Both the position numbers and the translations under genes were made by a program. Shown here piece after piece: positions 36,291-45,145 of a DNA stretch of 64,000 bases. Source of the stretch: Alphaproteobacteria bacterium (GTDB taxonomy: Bacteria > Pseudomonadota > Alphaproteobacteria > CAAHEQ01 > UBA3637); assembly GCA_017647405.1 (NCBI GenBank), contig JAGCKR010000064.1:9988-73987 (forward strand), in the 5' to 3' direction. The notes beneath the pieces are model-generated. The model was not told where the DNA came from and searched no databases. It worked only from the letters and a program-made list of their open reading frames with translations. Numbering within the stretch: position 1 is the stretch's first letter; every line of letters starts with the position of its first letter.

Positions 36291-36377
36291 GAACCCAAAG
36301 TAAGACTCTTATACACTACTTTTTTTTAAATGTCCAGTAGTTTTTTTAAAAATCTTACTTTTTTTTGTTTTTTTTTA

Positions 36378-36563
36378 TTATTCGCTGTCAGTTATCTCTT
36401 TTAAAAGATCTTCTGGTTCTGGTTTTTCATCTGTATGGACAACATAAGAGCCCTTGAGCCAACGGCCTAAATCAACATCAGCACATTTTTTTGAGCAAAA
36501 TGGAGCATATCTTGTTTCAGGTTCTTTACCGCAAATTGGGCATTTTACTTTGATGTCTGTCAT
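36378..36563 (-). CDS. yacG: DNA gyrase inhibitor YacG (zinc finger)
   Basis: CPICGK...APFCSKKCADVDLGRWL. Confidence 0.85.
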   Translation of the reverse strand: MTDIKVKCPICGKEPETRYAPFCSKKCADVDLGRWLKGSYVVHTDEKPEPEDLLKEITDSE

Positions 36564-36564
36564 T

Positions 36565-37512
36565 TTAATTTTCCTTTAATTCAAAATAATCTGGTGGAAT
36601 GTTTAAGTTTGGTTCAATTTGAACTTGGTTTTTGATTGTTTTTGAAAGATATTGTTCCTGGGAAGGATGAATTATTAGCTTTAATTTTCCGCTTTTGGAT
36701 GATAAAATAGCTCTTTCAATCAGATAGGAAACATAAAGTGGATGTTTTAAACCTTTTTTTGTTAAAAAAAGATCATAGATATCGGCACGTTCGCTTTTTC
36801 GTTTTATTTCTAAAAGTCGAAGAGCGCTGAATCCATAGATTTTTGTTCGACTATCATTCTTAAAGGCTTTTTTAATTTCTTTTAATAGAAAGTCTTGTTC
36901 GTTTTTTCTTTTACTGCCTGCAAAATCAATTAAAATCATACCGCTGATATTTTTTAGTTGAATTTGTTTTTGAATGAGTTGAACAGCTTTTTTATTGATT
37001 TCTTCTAGAGAAGCTTCTGAATCTTTAGAATCAATATCAATGCTCCACAAACTTTCTGTTTTTTGAATGGTTGCGCAGGCACCATCTAAGAAAGAAATTT
37101 CTTCTTCAAGCGCTTCTTCGATCAATGGTTCTAAAGAGGAAAGGGGGACTTCTTTAAAAGGATATTCTTTCTTGATTTCATCAATAAAAGAAGGTGAATT
37201 TGTTAAACTATCAACAAATTCAGCGGTAGCATCTTTTTGTCGTCTGGCTTCTTTTTTAATGTGAATAAAAACTTTTTTGCCAATGGGAAGTTTTTTGTCA
37301 GAAGGAACAAAAGCATTTAATCTCTTTTCGGTTTGAACAAAATAACCTTTTAATTTCGGATGATATGAAACGATTTTTGCTGAATACTCTCTATCAAAAT
37401 TTAAAGCGTTTTTTCTTGTGACAAAAAGTTCAGATAAATTTTCATTTTCATCTAAAATGGCTATAATAGTTTGATTTTCCAATTGATGACAAATAAGCGA
37501 TTTTTCACTCAT
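36565..37512 (-). CDS. Short RNase E/G-family protein
   Basis: S1-like segment (YSAKIVSYHPKLKGYFVQT) and GMILIDFAGS, which resembles the DFIDM region of RNase E/G. Only 315 aa. Sits between maf and yacG as in other Alphaproteobacteria. Confidence 0.6.
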   Translation of the reverse strand: MSEKSLICHQLENQTIIAILDENENLSELFVTRKNALNFDREYSAKIVSYHPKLKGYFVQTEKRLNAFVPSDKKLPIGKKVFIHIKKEARRQKDATAEFVDSLTNSPSFIDEIKKEYPFKEVPLSSLEPLIEEALEEEISFLDGACATIQKTESLWSIDIDSKDSEASLEEINKKAVQLIQKQIQLKNISGMILIDFAGSKRKNEQDFLLKEIKKAFKNDSRTKIYGFSALRLLEIKRKSERADIYDLFLTKKGLKHPLYVSYLIERAILSSKSGKLKLIIHPSQEQYLSKTIKNQVQIEPNLNIPPDYFELKEN

Positions 37513-37515
37513 TTT

Positions 37516-38103
37516 TTACAAAATGCCTCTTAAAATTTGAACGGTTTCATAAACTGGAATACCAACAATGCTTGAATATGAACCGGATATTTGTTTTACA
37601 AAAGCAGATAAAACACCTTCAATTTGGTATCCTGCAACGCCTTTCCATTCGTTAGATGCTAATATTAACCGGATATCTGATTCATCCAATTTTTTCATAG
37701 TGACAAAGCTAGTGTTGACCTTAGAAATGATTTTCCCGCTTGGAGAAATAACGCAAATTCCAGTGAGAACGCGGTGTTTTCTACCAGATAAAAGATTTAA
37801 GTTTGCACGAGCTTCTTCTTCGGTATATGCTTTTCGAATAAGACGGCGTCCAACAGCTAGAACCGTATCAGCAGCAACAATTGTTTCCCCTGGATGTGTT
37901 AATGAAACAGCTTTTGCTTTTTCTGTGGCAATACGTTTTACATATCTGGCAGGTAATTCGCCTTCCAGTTGACGTTCATCAATTTCGGGAGAAATAATCT
38001 TAGTAGGAATAAGACGAACACTTTCAAGAAGTGCTCGTCTATTCACAGAAGCAGAGGCTAAAATAAACCCCGATTTTAAATTCCAAAAATTTGAATTACT
38101 CAT
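37516..38103 (-). CDS. maf: Maf-like nucleoside triphosphate pyrophosphatase
   Basis: FILASASVNRRALLESV...VGRRLIRKA...VAGYQIEG, characteristic of the Maf family. ATG 38103 is preferred. Confidence 0.85.
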   Translation of the reverse strand: MSNSNFWNLKSGFILASASVNRRALLESVRLIPTKIISPEIDERQLEGELPARYVKRIATEKAKAVSLTHPGETIVAADTVLAVGRRLIRKAYTEEEARANLNLLSGRKHRVLTGICVISPSGKIISKVNTSFVTMKKLDESDIRLILASNEWKGVAGYQIEGVLSAFVKQISGSYSSIVGIPVYETVQILRGIL

Positions 38104-38515
38104 CTGATTGCATTTTTTCTTTGCGTTCATGACGTTCTTGTGCTTCGATAGATAGCGTTGTTACCGGACGGGCTTCTAAACGGCCCAATCCAATGGGTTC
38201 GCCTGTTTCTTCACAATAACCATATGTACCGTTTTCAATTCTATCTAAAGCGGCATTAATCTTTTTGATGAGTTTACGCATTCTGTCTCTTGTACGTAAT
38301 TCCAAAAACTGATCTGTTTCACTGCTGGCTCGGTCATTCATATCGGATTCTTGCAAGCTTGTTTCTTTTAAATCTTGCAATGTGAATTCAGAGTTTTTAA
38401 CAAGCTCAGCACGCCAGTCAATGAGTTTTTGACGAAAATATTCAAGTTGACGTTCGTTCATGTACTCTTCGTCTTGCGTTGGTTTATAATCTGGCGGTAA
38501 AGTTACGATAGTCAT
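38096..38515 (-). CDS. dksA: RNA polymerase-binding transcription factor DksA (only 1 of 4 zinc-finger Cys retained)
   Basis: YMNERQLEYFRQKL..., the DxxDxA-type coiled-coil tip (SDMNDRAS) and C-terminal YGYCEETGEPIGLGRLEARP. ATG 38515 has an AAGGAG RBS. The track N-terminal extension is rejected. Confidence 0.9.
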   Translation of the reverse strand: MTIVTLPPDYKPTQDEEYMNERQLEYFRQKLIDWRAELVKNSEFTLQDLKETSLQESDMNDRASSETDQFLELRTRDRMRKLIKKINAALDRIENGTYGYCEETGEPIGLGRLEARPVTTLSIEAQERHERKEKMQSDE

Positions 38516-38643
38516 TATCAGCTCCTTTTGGTTAAATTGATTTTTTTTAACGTAACGTTTTTTTTTTGAAAAGTCAAGCATGGAATTTGCTTGATAACCT
38601 GTTTGATATTTGGTATAAAAAAAGAAAAATAAAGGAGAGACGC

Positions 38644-40023
38644 ATGAAATATTTTTTTTCAAAGACATTGTTGTTGGCTTGTTGTTTTTTTTCTGTTTTG
38701 AGTTATGCTAAGGAGTATCCGTCAATTGATTGCGAAAAATTATTGGAAGATCTTGAAACAGGAAAAATTCAGGATACTTCGAATTATGATAAGTGCGGTT
38801 TTGCAAATGAAGAATTTGTTTGGTCAAAATGGGCGGGTTATGTTTCTGAAAAAAAGATGAAACGTGCTATTCATGAAATTTGTGTTCGTTATCCGGATCA
38901 TGAATATCATGACCTTTATTGTGAAAAAGCTATTTTGCTTGGACATCCGGCTGCCTATATTTTAAAAGGGCGAAAGTTGATTGAAAAAGATGATTTTCAA
39001 GGTGGATATGAATATTTAACAAAGGCTTTGGCAACGAATGCTCTAACGCAAGAGGAAGAAGCGCAAGTATTGGAAATTTTGGGTTTTTATTACATGCGTA
39101 CGAATAATTCAAAAGCATTTTCCTATTTAGATGCGGCCGCAAAAAAAGGATCTGCTGTTGCACATAATATTTTGGCATATAATTTCTTTTTGAAAAAAGA
39201 CGAGAGTCTGGGAAATGAAGAGGCTGCTTTGGATCATTTCTGGCAAGCTATTTTAATTGGATGCAAAACAGCAGAAGAAAATTATGGTTTAATGCAATTA
39301 GCAAAACAAGGGAAAATAACATCTCAAAAAGCTGAAGCAGAAATGCGCAAGAATATAAAATCCTGCACCCCGATATCTGCTCAAAAACGGTTTGCAGATA
39401 ATAAACTTTATAATTGCCGATGTGCTTTTTCATTAGAACAAGAAAAAAGATTAAATCAAAAACCATATCTGCTATTAAAAACAGAAGCTAAAATGGCGGT
39501 TTTAAAAGATACGCAAACAGGAGATGAAATCAGCGTGACGGAACAGCGGAATTTGCCAAATGGTGCAAATGTATTAGAAGTAAGAAAAACAGCTGTGATT
39601 TTAAGATATCCGGGAGATGTGCGTGAAATTTTGAATCTTTATAAAAAAGATGAATGTGTTGATTTTTGTAAAACCAATCATATCACAAATAATCTTTCAG
39701 CAGAAGAAATGCGTTTAAAAATTGAAGGGGCAAAAGAAACGGTTCGAATTAAGCCTTATCATATTACATACACGCCCAAAGAATGCGAATTTATTTCTTA
39801 TTATGCCGAAAAACTTTTACCGGTTGGAGCTGACTATAAAGGCAAAGAAGAATGCAAAAATTTGGTGCTGGAAGAAGATGCTATTTTGCAAAATATGGAA
39901 ATGCCGGAACAAAAAATTGTTCAGCCGGTTATGAAGAAAAAAGAAGAGACGGTTGATGTTCTTTCCAGTCAGGAAAAGAAAAAATTACTTCAATCAGTTG
40001 GTGGCGCTTTAAATTTTGAATAA
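38644..40023 (+). CDS. Secreted Sel1-like repeat protein with an extra C-terminal domain
   Basis: Signal peptide MKYFFSKTLLLACCFFSVLSYA and Sel1-like units (AAKKGSAVAHNILAYNFF). ATG 38644 has an AAGGAG RBS. Confidence 0.6.
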   Translation: MKYFFSKTLLLACCFFSVLSYAKEYPSIDCEKLLEDLETGKIQDTSNYDKCGFANEEFVWSKWAGYVSEKKMKRAIHEICVRYPDHEYHDLYCEKAILLGHPAAYILKGRKLIEKDDFQGGYEYLTKALATNALTQEEEAQVLEILGFYYMRTNNSKAFSYLDAAAKKGSAVAHNILAYNFFLKKDESLGNEEAALDHFWQAILIGCKTAEENYGLMQLAKQGKITSQKAEAEMRKNIKSCTPISAQKRFADNKLYNCRCAFSLEQEKRLNQKPYLLLKTEAKMAVLKDTQTGDEISVTEQRNLPNGANVLEVRKTAVILRYPGDVREILNLYKKDECVDFCKTNHITNNLSAEEMRLKIEGAKETVRIKPYHITYTPKECEFISYYAEKLLPVGADYKGKEECKNLVLEEDAILQNMEMPEQKIVQPVMKKKEETVDVLSSQEKKKLLQSVGGALNFE

Positions 40024-40263
40024 AGGGGGGCTATATTAATTAAGCTTTCAAATTTATTTTTAATTTGATAATTTTATCAACTTGAAAATATCTTGATTTT
40101 TTTTGTTGCTTCAGTTTAGTTGTTTTTTTTGGGGGAGGGGATAAGTAGAGAATCTTATCAGGTGATTTTTAATATATGAATGGGTAACAGTCTTGATTTG
40201 TTAATATATTTAACCTTGAATGGATTTGCCGTTGTTTGTGATTACTTGTGGGTTGATTTATAT

Positions 40264-40302
40264 AAAAAAATACCAGCTTATTTAACAGCTGGTATTTTTT
40301 TT
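40264..40302. terminator. Bidirectional rho-independent terminator
   Basis: A7-ATACCAGCT-8 nt-AGCTGGTAT-T8. Confidence 0.8.
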
Positions 40303-40320
40303 ATAGATTAATATTGAAGT

Positions 40321-40782
40321 TTATCTGTTGAATGCTTTACGCATGGCTTCAATACCACGACCAAGTTCACGAACGCCTTGACCCATTGTTTTAAATGCTC
40401 TGGCATTTTCAGTGTTGGCTCTAGCATATTCTTTTTCTGCTCTAGCTTGTTCTACGGCGTTGAATTCAGAATAAGATGTTGTTCTGGAAGTTAATTTTCC
40501 ATAGGAATTATATTCGTAACGTGTTTGCGTTGTTCCTTGACGAGTGACTAAATTATTGACCCCCATTGGACTTGATGCACAGGAAGATAAAAAGAGTCCA
40601 GAAGTTCCAATAGCAAGAGTAAAAGCAACATTTTTTGCAACTTTTAATTTCCCTTTGACTTCGCCGACTAAATAACCGAATCCTGATTGTGTTGAAGCAT
40701 TTAAAACAGGTTCTTTATTTTCTTTTTTATTGGCAAGTTTTTTGGCTTTGATTGAGCCGTGAATTGTTTCGTATTTTGACAT
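40321..40782 (-). CDS. Hypothetical membrane-anchored protein
   Basis: AGGAGG RBS. Lys-rich N-terminus, one TM ending in LFLSSC (lipobox-like but internal) and a helical C-terminus. Confidence 0.5.
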   Translation of the reverse strand: MSKYETIHGSIKAKKLANKKENKEPVLNASTQSGFGYLVGEVKGKLKVAKNVAFTLAIGTSGLFLSSCASSPMGVNNLVTRQGTTQTRYEYNSYGKLTSRTTSYSEFNAVEQARAEKEYARANTENARAFKTMGQGVRELGRGIEAMRKAFNR

Positions 40783-40855
40783 GATATCCCTCCTTAAAAT
40801 GAATCATTATATATATGATATACTACTTTTTGTTTTTTGTCAACACTTTTTTTAA

Positions 40856-41647
40856 TTAATTGGATTGAGTTTTATTTAAGAGGATATATCCTCTGTTTCG
40901 CATAACTGAGCGATATTGCCAACCATAAATTATTGAAGGATAGAAGGACTCTCTTTCAATATGATGACCAAGTGTTCTGGCTAGCTTATTAAGCAAGCGA
41001 TCTTCATTGACTATAAATGAAGATTTGTTTTCTGTCGGGATATATTCTTTGATTAATGAAGGATTTTGTTCAATTTGTAAGGATAGTTTTATGAGCTCTT
41101 TTGAAAAACAAAGTGTTGGACTGGTAAGATCAGTGTTATTTTTGTTGAGGTGAGTTGTTGAAATATCTTCAGTGAGAATAAGTCCTATATGGTAAGATCT
41201 TGATGAATATATTTGTTCTTTTTTTGATAAGTGATTTAAATTACGGTTGACATCTTTCAAATAATCGGGGGCATACCAATCATCATCATCGATTTTGCAA
41301 AAGTAATCATACTTGTCGATGTTAATATGTTTTATTGTGTCAAAAGGGTTTGATAATTGATTCTTGTTGTGGTCAAATCAAATAAAAACTTTACCTGATT
41401 GTTTAAATTGATCAAATTTTCTTGAAAAAGTTGAGGCAAACCCATAATCGTTCAGACTTCCTTTAATAGAGACGCTGATATCAAAATTTTGATAGGTTTG
41501 GTTAAGTAATCGATAAATTTGTCCTGAAAGGAAAATTGGGCGTTTAAAAGAAGAAAGCATCAATAAGTAACGATAATTTTTTTGCGTAAACTGTTTTTGA
41601 ACAGATATAAAAAACTGCTGATTGTTAAAATGCATAAGAAAAGGCAA
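40856..41647 (-). pseudogene. Decaying tandem paralogue of 41671..42477
   Basis: The same reading frame runs throughout and has high nucleotide identity to the upstream copy. An in-frame TGA at 41378-41380 replaces the AGA (Arg) of the intact copy. A 1-nt deletion in the signal-peptide region destroys the N-terminus. Confidence 0.7.
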
Positions 41648-41670
41648 ACGACTAGCTTCAAAACATTTTT

Positions 41671-42477
41671 TTATTTGAAATCAACATAGTTATAATTCCG
41701 AATAACAGAGCGATATTGCCAACCGTAGATAACAGAAGGATACAATGCATCTCTTTCAATATGCGTACCATTTTGTCTTGCCATATGATCTAAAAAGCGA
41801 TCTTCTCTGTTTACAAATAAGGATTCGTTGGCATTAGGTAGATATTTTGTTATCAGTTTTGGATTTTTTTCAAGTCGGAGTGCTATTTGAATAATTGCTT
41901 TTGAAAAGCATTGTGTTGGACCCGAAAGGGGAGTTGTATTTTTATTAAGATAAGTTTGCTTAATATCTTCTGTTAAAATAAGTCCTAAATGATATGTTGA
42001 AGATGAGATGGCTTGCTCTTTTTTTGATAATTGATTTAAATTACGATTGAGTTCTTCCAAATAATCTGGCGCATACCAATCATCATCATCGATTTTGCAA
42101 AAGTAATCATAGTTATTAATATCAAGATGGCGAACTGTGTCTAATAAATTTGAAAATTGATGTCCGTTATGATCAAATCTAACAAAAACTTTACCGGATT
42201 GTTTAAATCGATCAAACTCTCTTGAAAAAGTTGAGGCAAAGCCATAATCGTTCGGACTTCCTTTAATAGAGACGCTGATGTCAAAATTTCGATAGGTTTG
42301 GTTAAGTAAACGATAAATTTGTCCCGAAAGGAAAATTGGGCGTTTAAAAGAAGAAAGCATCAATAAGTAACGATAATTTTTTTGCGTAAACTGTTTTTGA
42401 ACAGGCATAAAAAAACTACCGATTGTAAAAATGCATAAGAAAAAACAAATGATTAATTTTATTGTATTTTTTTTCAT
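41671..42477 (-). CDS. Secreted or membrane-anchored GT-A-like glycosyltransferase candidate (DDDD motif)
   Basis: N-terminal hydrophobic anchor. LLMLSSFKRPIFLSGQIYRLLNQTY resembles a GT2 N-terminus, and FCKIDDDDWYAPDYL is DxD-like. Confidence 0.5.
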   Translation of the reverse strand: MKKNTIKLIICFFLCIFTIGSFFMPVQKQFTQKNYRYLLMLSSFKRPIFLSGQIYRLLNQTYRNFDISVSIKGSPNDYGFASTFSREFDRFKQSGKVFVRFDHNGHQFSNLLDTVRHLDINNYDYFCKIDDDDWYAPDYLEELNRNLNQLSKKEQAISSSTYHLGLILTEDIKQTYLNKNTTPLSGPTQCFSKAIIQIALRLEKNPKLITKYLPNANESLFVNREDRFLDHMARQNGTHIERDALYPSVIYGWQYRSVIRNYNYVDFK

Positions 42478-42487
42478 GAATAAACTC

Positions 42488-42691
42488 TTAATAATGAGGG
42501 GGAGGTGTTTCTTCAGAAAGAGGTTTTACATTACTTTCTTTCAAATGATCTGTTAGCATTTTTATTTGTTTAACAAGGTCATCAATAATTTTATTCATAC
42601 GGATGCATTCATCGTTAAGATCAGTAATGATTTTTTCCTGTTCGGTTAGTGTTATTTCAATATCGATAAGTTTTTCTTCAACGGTTTTCAT
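42488..42691 (-). CDS. slyX: SlyX-like coiled-coil protein
   Basis: 67-aa heptad-repeat protein: EEKLIDIEITLTEQEKIITDLNDECIRMNKIIDDLVKQIKML. Confidence 0.55.
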   Translation of the reverse strand: MKTVEEKLIDIEITLTEQEKIITDLNDECIRMNKIIDDLVKQIKMLTDHLKESNVKPLSEETPPPHY

Positions 42692-42765
42692 TTATTTTAC
42701 CTTTCTGTTTTTTGCATAGTAGTCTGAATAAAATAAATAATCAACTGTTTTTTTATTAAAATCGA

Positions 42766-42794
42766 TTGACAAATAAGTTTTTTTTTGATAAAAT
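42766..42794 (+). promoter_or_regulatory. Putative sigma70-type promoter of rpmI-rplT
   Basis: TTGACA (42766-42771), 17-nt spacer, TAAAAT (42789-42794). Confidence 0.55.
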
Positions 42795-42872
42795 AGGCGC
42801 CGATTGGCTAAAAAGGCTACAGGCTGCCTTCAGGCCGTTATTCGAAACATTTATTAGTAAAGGGAAATGAAA

Positions 42873-43067
42873 ATGCCTAAATTGAAAACAAAAAGCGCTG
42901 TTAAAAAGCGTTTTTCCTTAACAGGAACAGGAAAAGTCAAAGGAACACAATCCTTTAAACGTCACAACTTGCTTTGTAAAACTTCTAAAATGAAAAGAAA
43001 AGCAAAAGGCTGCACAATTATGAGTGAAGCTGCTTCAAAAGTCATTAAGAAATTTTTGATCGGATAA
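42873..43067 (+). CDS. rpmI: 50S ribosomal protein L35
   Basis: MPKLKTKSAVKKRF... Start taken at MPK (42873). Confidence 0.9.
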   Translation: MPKLKTKSAVKKRFSLTGTGKVKGTQSFKRHNLLCKTSKMKRKAKGCTIMSEAASKVIKKFLIG

Positions 43068-43079
43068 GGAGGTTTACAA

Positions 43080-43433
43080 ATGGCTAGAGTTAAACGCGGC
43101 ACGACAGTTCGTGCAAAACACAATAAAATTTTAAAAATGGCAAAAGGTTACCGTGGACGTAATTCCAAGGTTTACACTGTTGCAAAACAAAAAGTTGAAA
43201 AAGGTTTGCAATATGCCTACCGTGACCGTCGCAAGAAAAAAACAGAAATCCGCCAATTATGGATTGTTCGCATCAATGCGGCTGTTCGTGCAAACGGCAT
43301 GGTTTATTCCCGCTTTATGAACGGTTTGGCAAAAGCTGGTATTGCTTTAGACCGTAAAATGTTGGCAGATATTGCTTTGAATGATTCAAAAGCATTTGCT
43401 TCATTGGTTGAAAAAGCAAAAGCTGCTTTATAA
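43080..43433 (+). CDS. rplT: 50S ribosomal protein L20
   Basis: [27 protein letters not shown]... Confidence 0.95.
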   Translation: MARVKRGTTVRAKHNKILKMAKGYRGRNSKVYTVAKQKVEKGLQYAYRDRRKKKTEIRQLWIVRINAAVRANGMVYSRFMNGLAKAGIALDRKMLADIALNDSKAFASLVEKAKAAL

Positions 43434-43457
43434 TTTAAAGCTGTTCAAAATTTAAAA

Positions 43458-43487
43458 AGCCGCTTCGAAAGAGGCGGTTTTTTTACT
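43458..43487 (+). terminator. Rho-independent terminator after rplT
   Basis: CCGCTTC-gaaa-GAGGCGG followed by T7. Confidence 0.8.
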
Positions 43488-43654
43488 ATAATGAACGTGG
43501 CTTATTTAAAATACTTTATCAAGAATAACGCAGGATTAGAGTAAGGACGCTGAAAAAGGTTATTAATCGGATTATGAAAGTGGGTTATTTTAAAAGGTGA
43601 AATATAAACCAAAATTTGGTTAATGGCAAAGATGAGATTGTTTTTTTATAAAGT

Positions 43655-43861
43655 TTAATTTTCCTTCATATTAAACAGGGAAAATAAGTCATCTGGAAGA
43701 GGTTGTTGTTCAGCCTTTTGTCGATTGAGAAGGAAGTTGTATCGGTTATTTTGAATTTGGGCATATTTTTTTAAAAAAGAACGCTCATAATCGCGAATTT
43801 CTTCTGAATCTGAAATGCGCGTCAAAGTGGAAAGCAATGTTCTTTTTTCATCAGTTGTCAT
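43655..43861 (-). CDS. Hypothetical small protein
   Basis: 68-aa ORF with an AAGGA RBS about 8 nt upstream. No family recognised. Confidence 0.35.
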   Translation of the reverse strand: MTTDEKRTLLSTLTRISDSEEIRDYERSFLKKYAQIQNNRYNFLLNRQKAEQQPLPDDLFSLFNMKEN

Positions 43862-44053
43862 TGATTTTTCCTTTAAGGCGTTAAGCGTTTTTTAAAGCAT
43901 AACAAAAAATACCGTTCCTGTCAAATCTTTTGGCTTTATTTGTTATTTTTATCCTTTATTTTTTTTAGAAAATATGATATAAATGCGTTATAAATAAAGA
44001 TATTTTAAATCTTTTTTATAATAAAGAAAACGAAATTAAACAAAAGGTGTTTT

Positions 44054-45145
44054 ATGGAACAAAGAATTTCAAATTTGCGCGAAGAAATTAATGCTTCTTT
44101 AGCTCAGGCTGAAACATTGATTGCTTTGGATGAAGTGAGAGTTAAAACATTGGGTAAAAGTGGTTCGGTAACCGGATTAATGAAAGAACTGGGCTCTTTA
44201 CCTGTTGAAGAAAAAAAACAAATGGGTCAACTTTTAAATGTTTTTAAAAATGAAATTGCAGCCCTTATTGAAGAAAAGAAATCCTTTTTGGAAGAAAAAG
44301 AATTAAATGAGCGGTTACAATCTGAAAAAGTTGATGTCACTTTGCCGGTTCGTCCTGAGGTTTCAATGGGTCGAATTCATCCGGTTTCTCAAGTGATGGA
44401 AGAAATGCTTTCCATCTTTGCGCAAATGGGATTTGATTTGGCTGAGGGTCCGGATATTGAAGATGACTTTCATAATTTTGAGGCTTTAAACATTCCGCCA
44501 TCACATCCGGCACGCCAAATGCAAGCAACATTTTTTATGCAAAATACAACGGATAAGGTTTTGCGCACGCAAACTTCCGGCGTTCAAATCAGAACGATGG
44601 AAGGTAAAAAACCGCCGATTAAAATTGTTGCTCCGGGACGCACGTATCGAAGAGATTATGATATGACTCATACGCCGATGTTCCATCAGATTGAAGGGCT
44701 TGTGATTGATAAAAAAACAAATTTAGCTCATTTGAAAACAACATTGGTTGAATTTATGAAGCTCTTTTTTGAAACGGATGATGTGGCTCTTCGTTTTCGC
44801 CCAAGTTATTTCCCGTTTACGGAACCTTCTTATGAAGCTGATGTTGGTTGTTCCAGAGAAAATGGTGAATTTAAAATTAAATCCGGTGCCGGTTGGTGTG
44901 AATTGCTCGGATGTGGCATGGTTCATCCGAATGTTTTGAAAAACTGTGGGTTGGATCCGGATGAATATCAAGGATATGCTTTCGGTTGTGGGATAGACCG
45001 CTTTGCAATGCTTAAATATGGCATTCCTGATTTAAGAAGTTTCTTTGACGCCGATATGCGTTGGATTAAACATTATGGTTTCTTGCCGCTTGATATTCCG
45101 ACAAACACAAGCGGATTGAGTTTGAACGGAGGATCAAAACGATGA
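44054..45145 (+). CDS. pheS: Phenylalanine--tRNA ligase alpha subunit
   Basis: FRPSYFPFTEPS and GCGMVHPNVL class II motifs. Confidence 0.95.
   Translation: MEQRISNLREEINASLAQAETLIALDEVRVKTLGKSGSVTGLMKELGSLPVEEKKQMGQLLNVFKNEIAALIEEKKSFLEEKELNERLQSEKVDVTLPVRPEVSMGRIHPVSQVMEEMLSIFAQMGFDLAEGPDIEDDFHNFEALNIPPSHPARQMQATFFMQNTTDKVLRTQTSGVQIRTMEGKKPPIKIVAPGRTYRRDYDMTHTPMFHQIEGLVIDKKTNLAHLKTTLVEFMKLFFETDDVALRFRPSYFPFTEPSYEADVGCSRENGEFKIKSGAGWCELLGCGMVHPNVLKNCGLDPDEYQGYAFGCGIDRFAMLKYGIPDLRSFFDADMRWIKHYGFLPLDIPTNTSGLSLNGGSKR

Noticed and set aside
41378-41380. In-frame TGA in the duplicated GT-like gene as possible UGA recoding (Trp or Sec).
   Set aside because: TGA clearly terminates pheS (45143-45145) and the GT2/TagF gene (20153-20155), both overlapping the next ATG. 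The intact paralogue has AGA (Arg) at this codon, and the same copy also carries a 5' frameshift. Simple pseudogenisation is the better explanation.
42795-42872. The rpmI leader as an L20-binding autoregulatory structure.
   Set aside because: The ~75-nt leader is GC-richer than its surroundings. I could not fold a convincing pseudoknot or long stem by eye, and infC is not upstream. It is left as an unverified idea.
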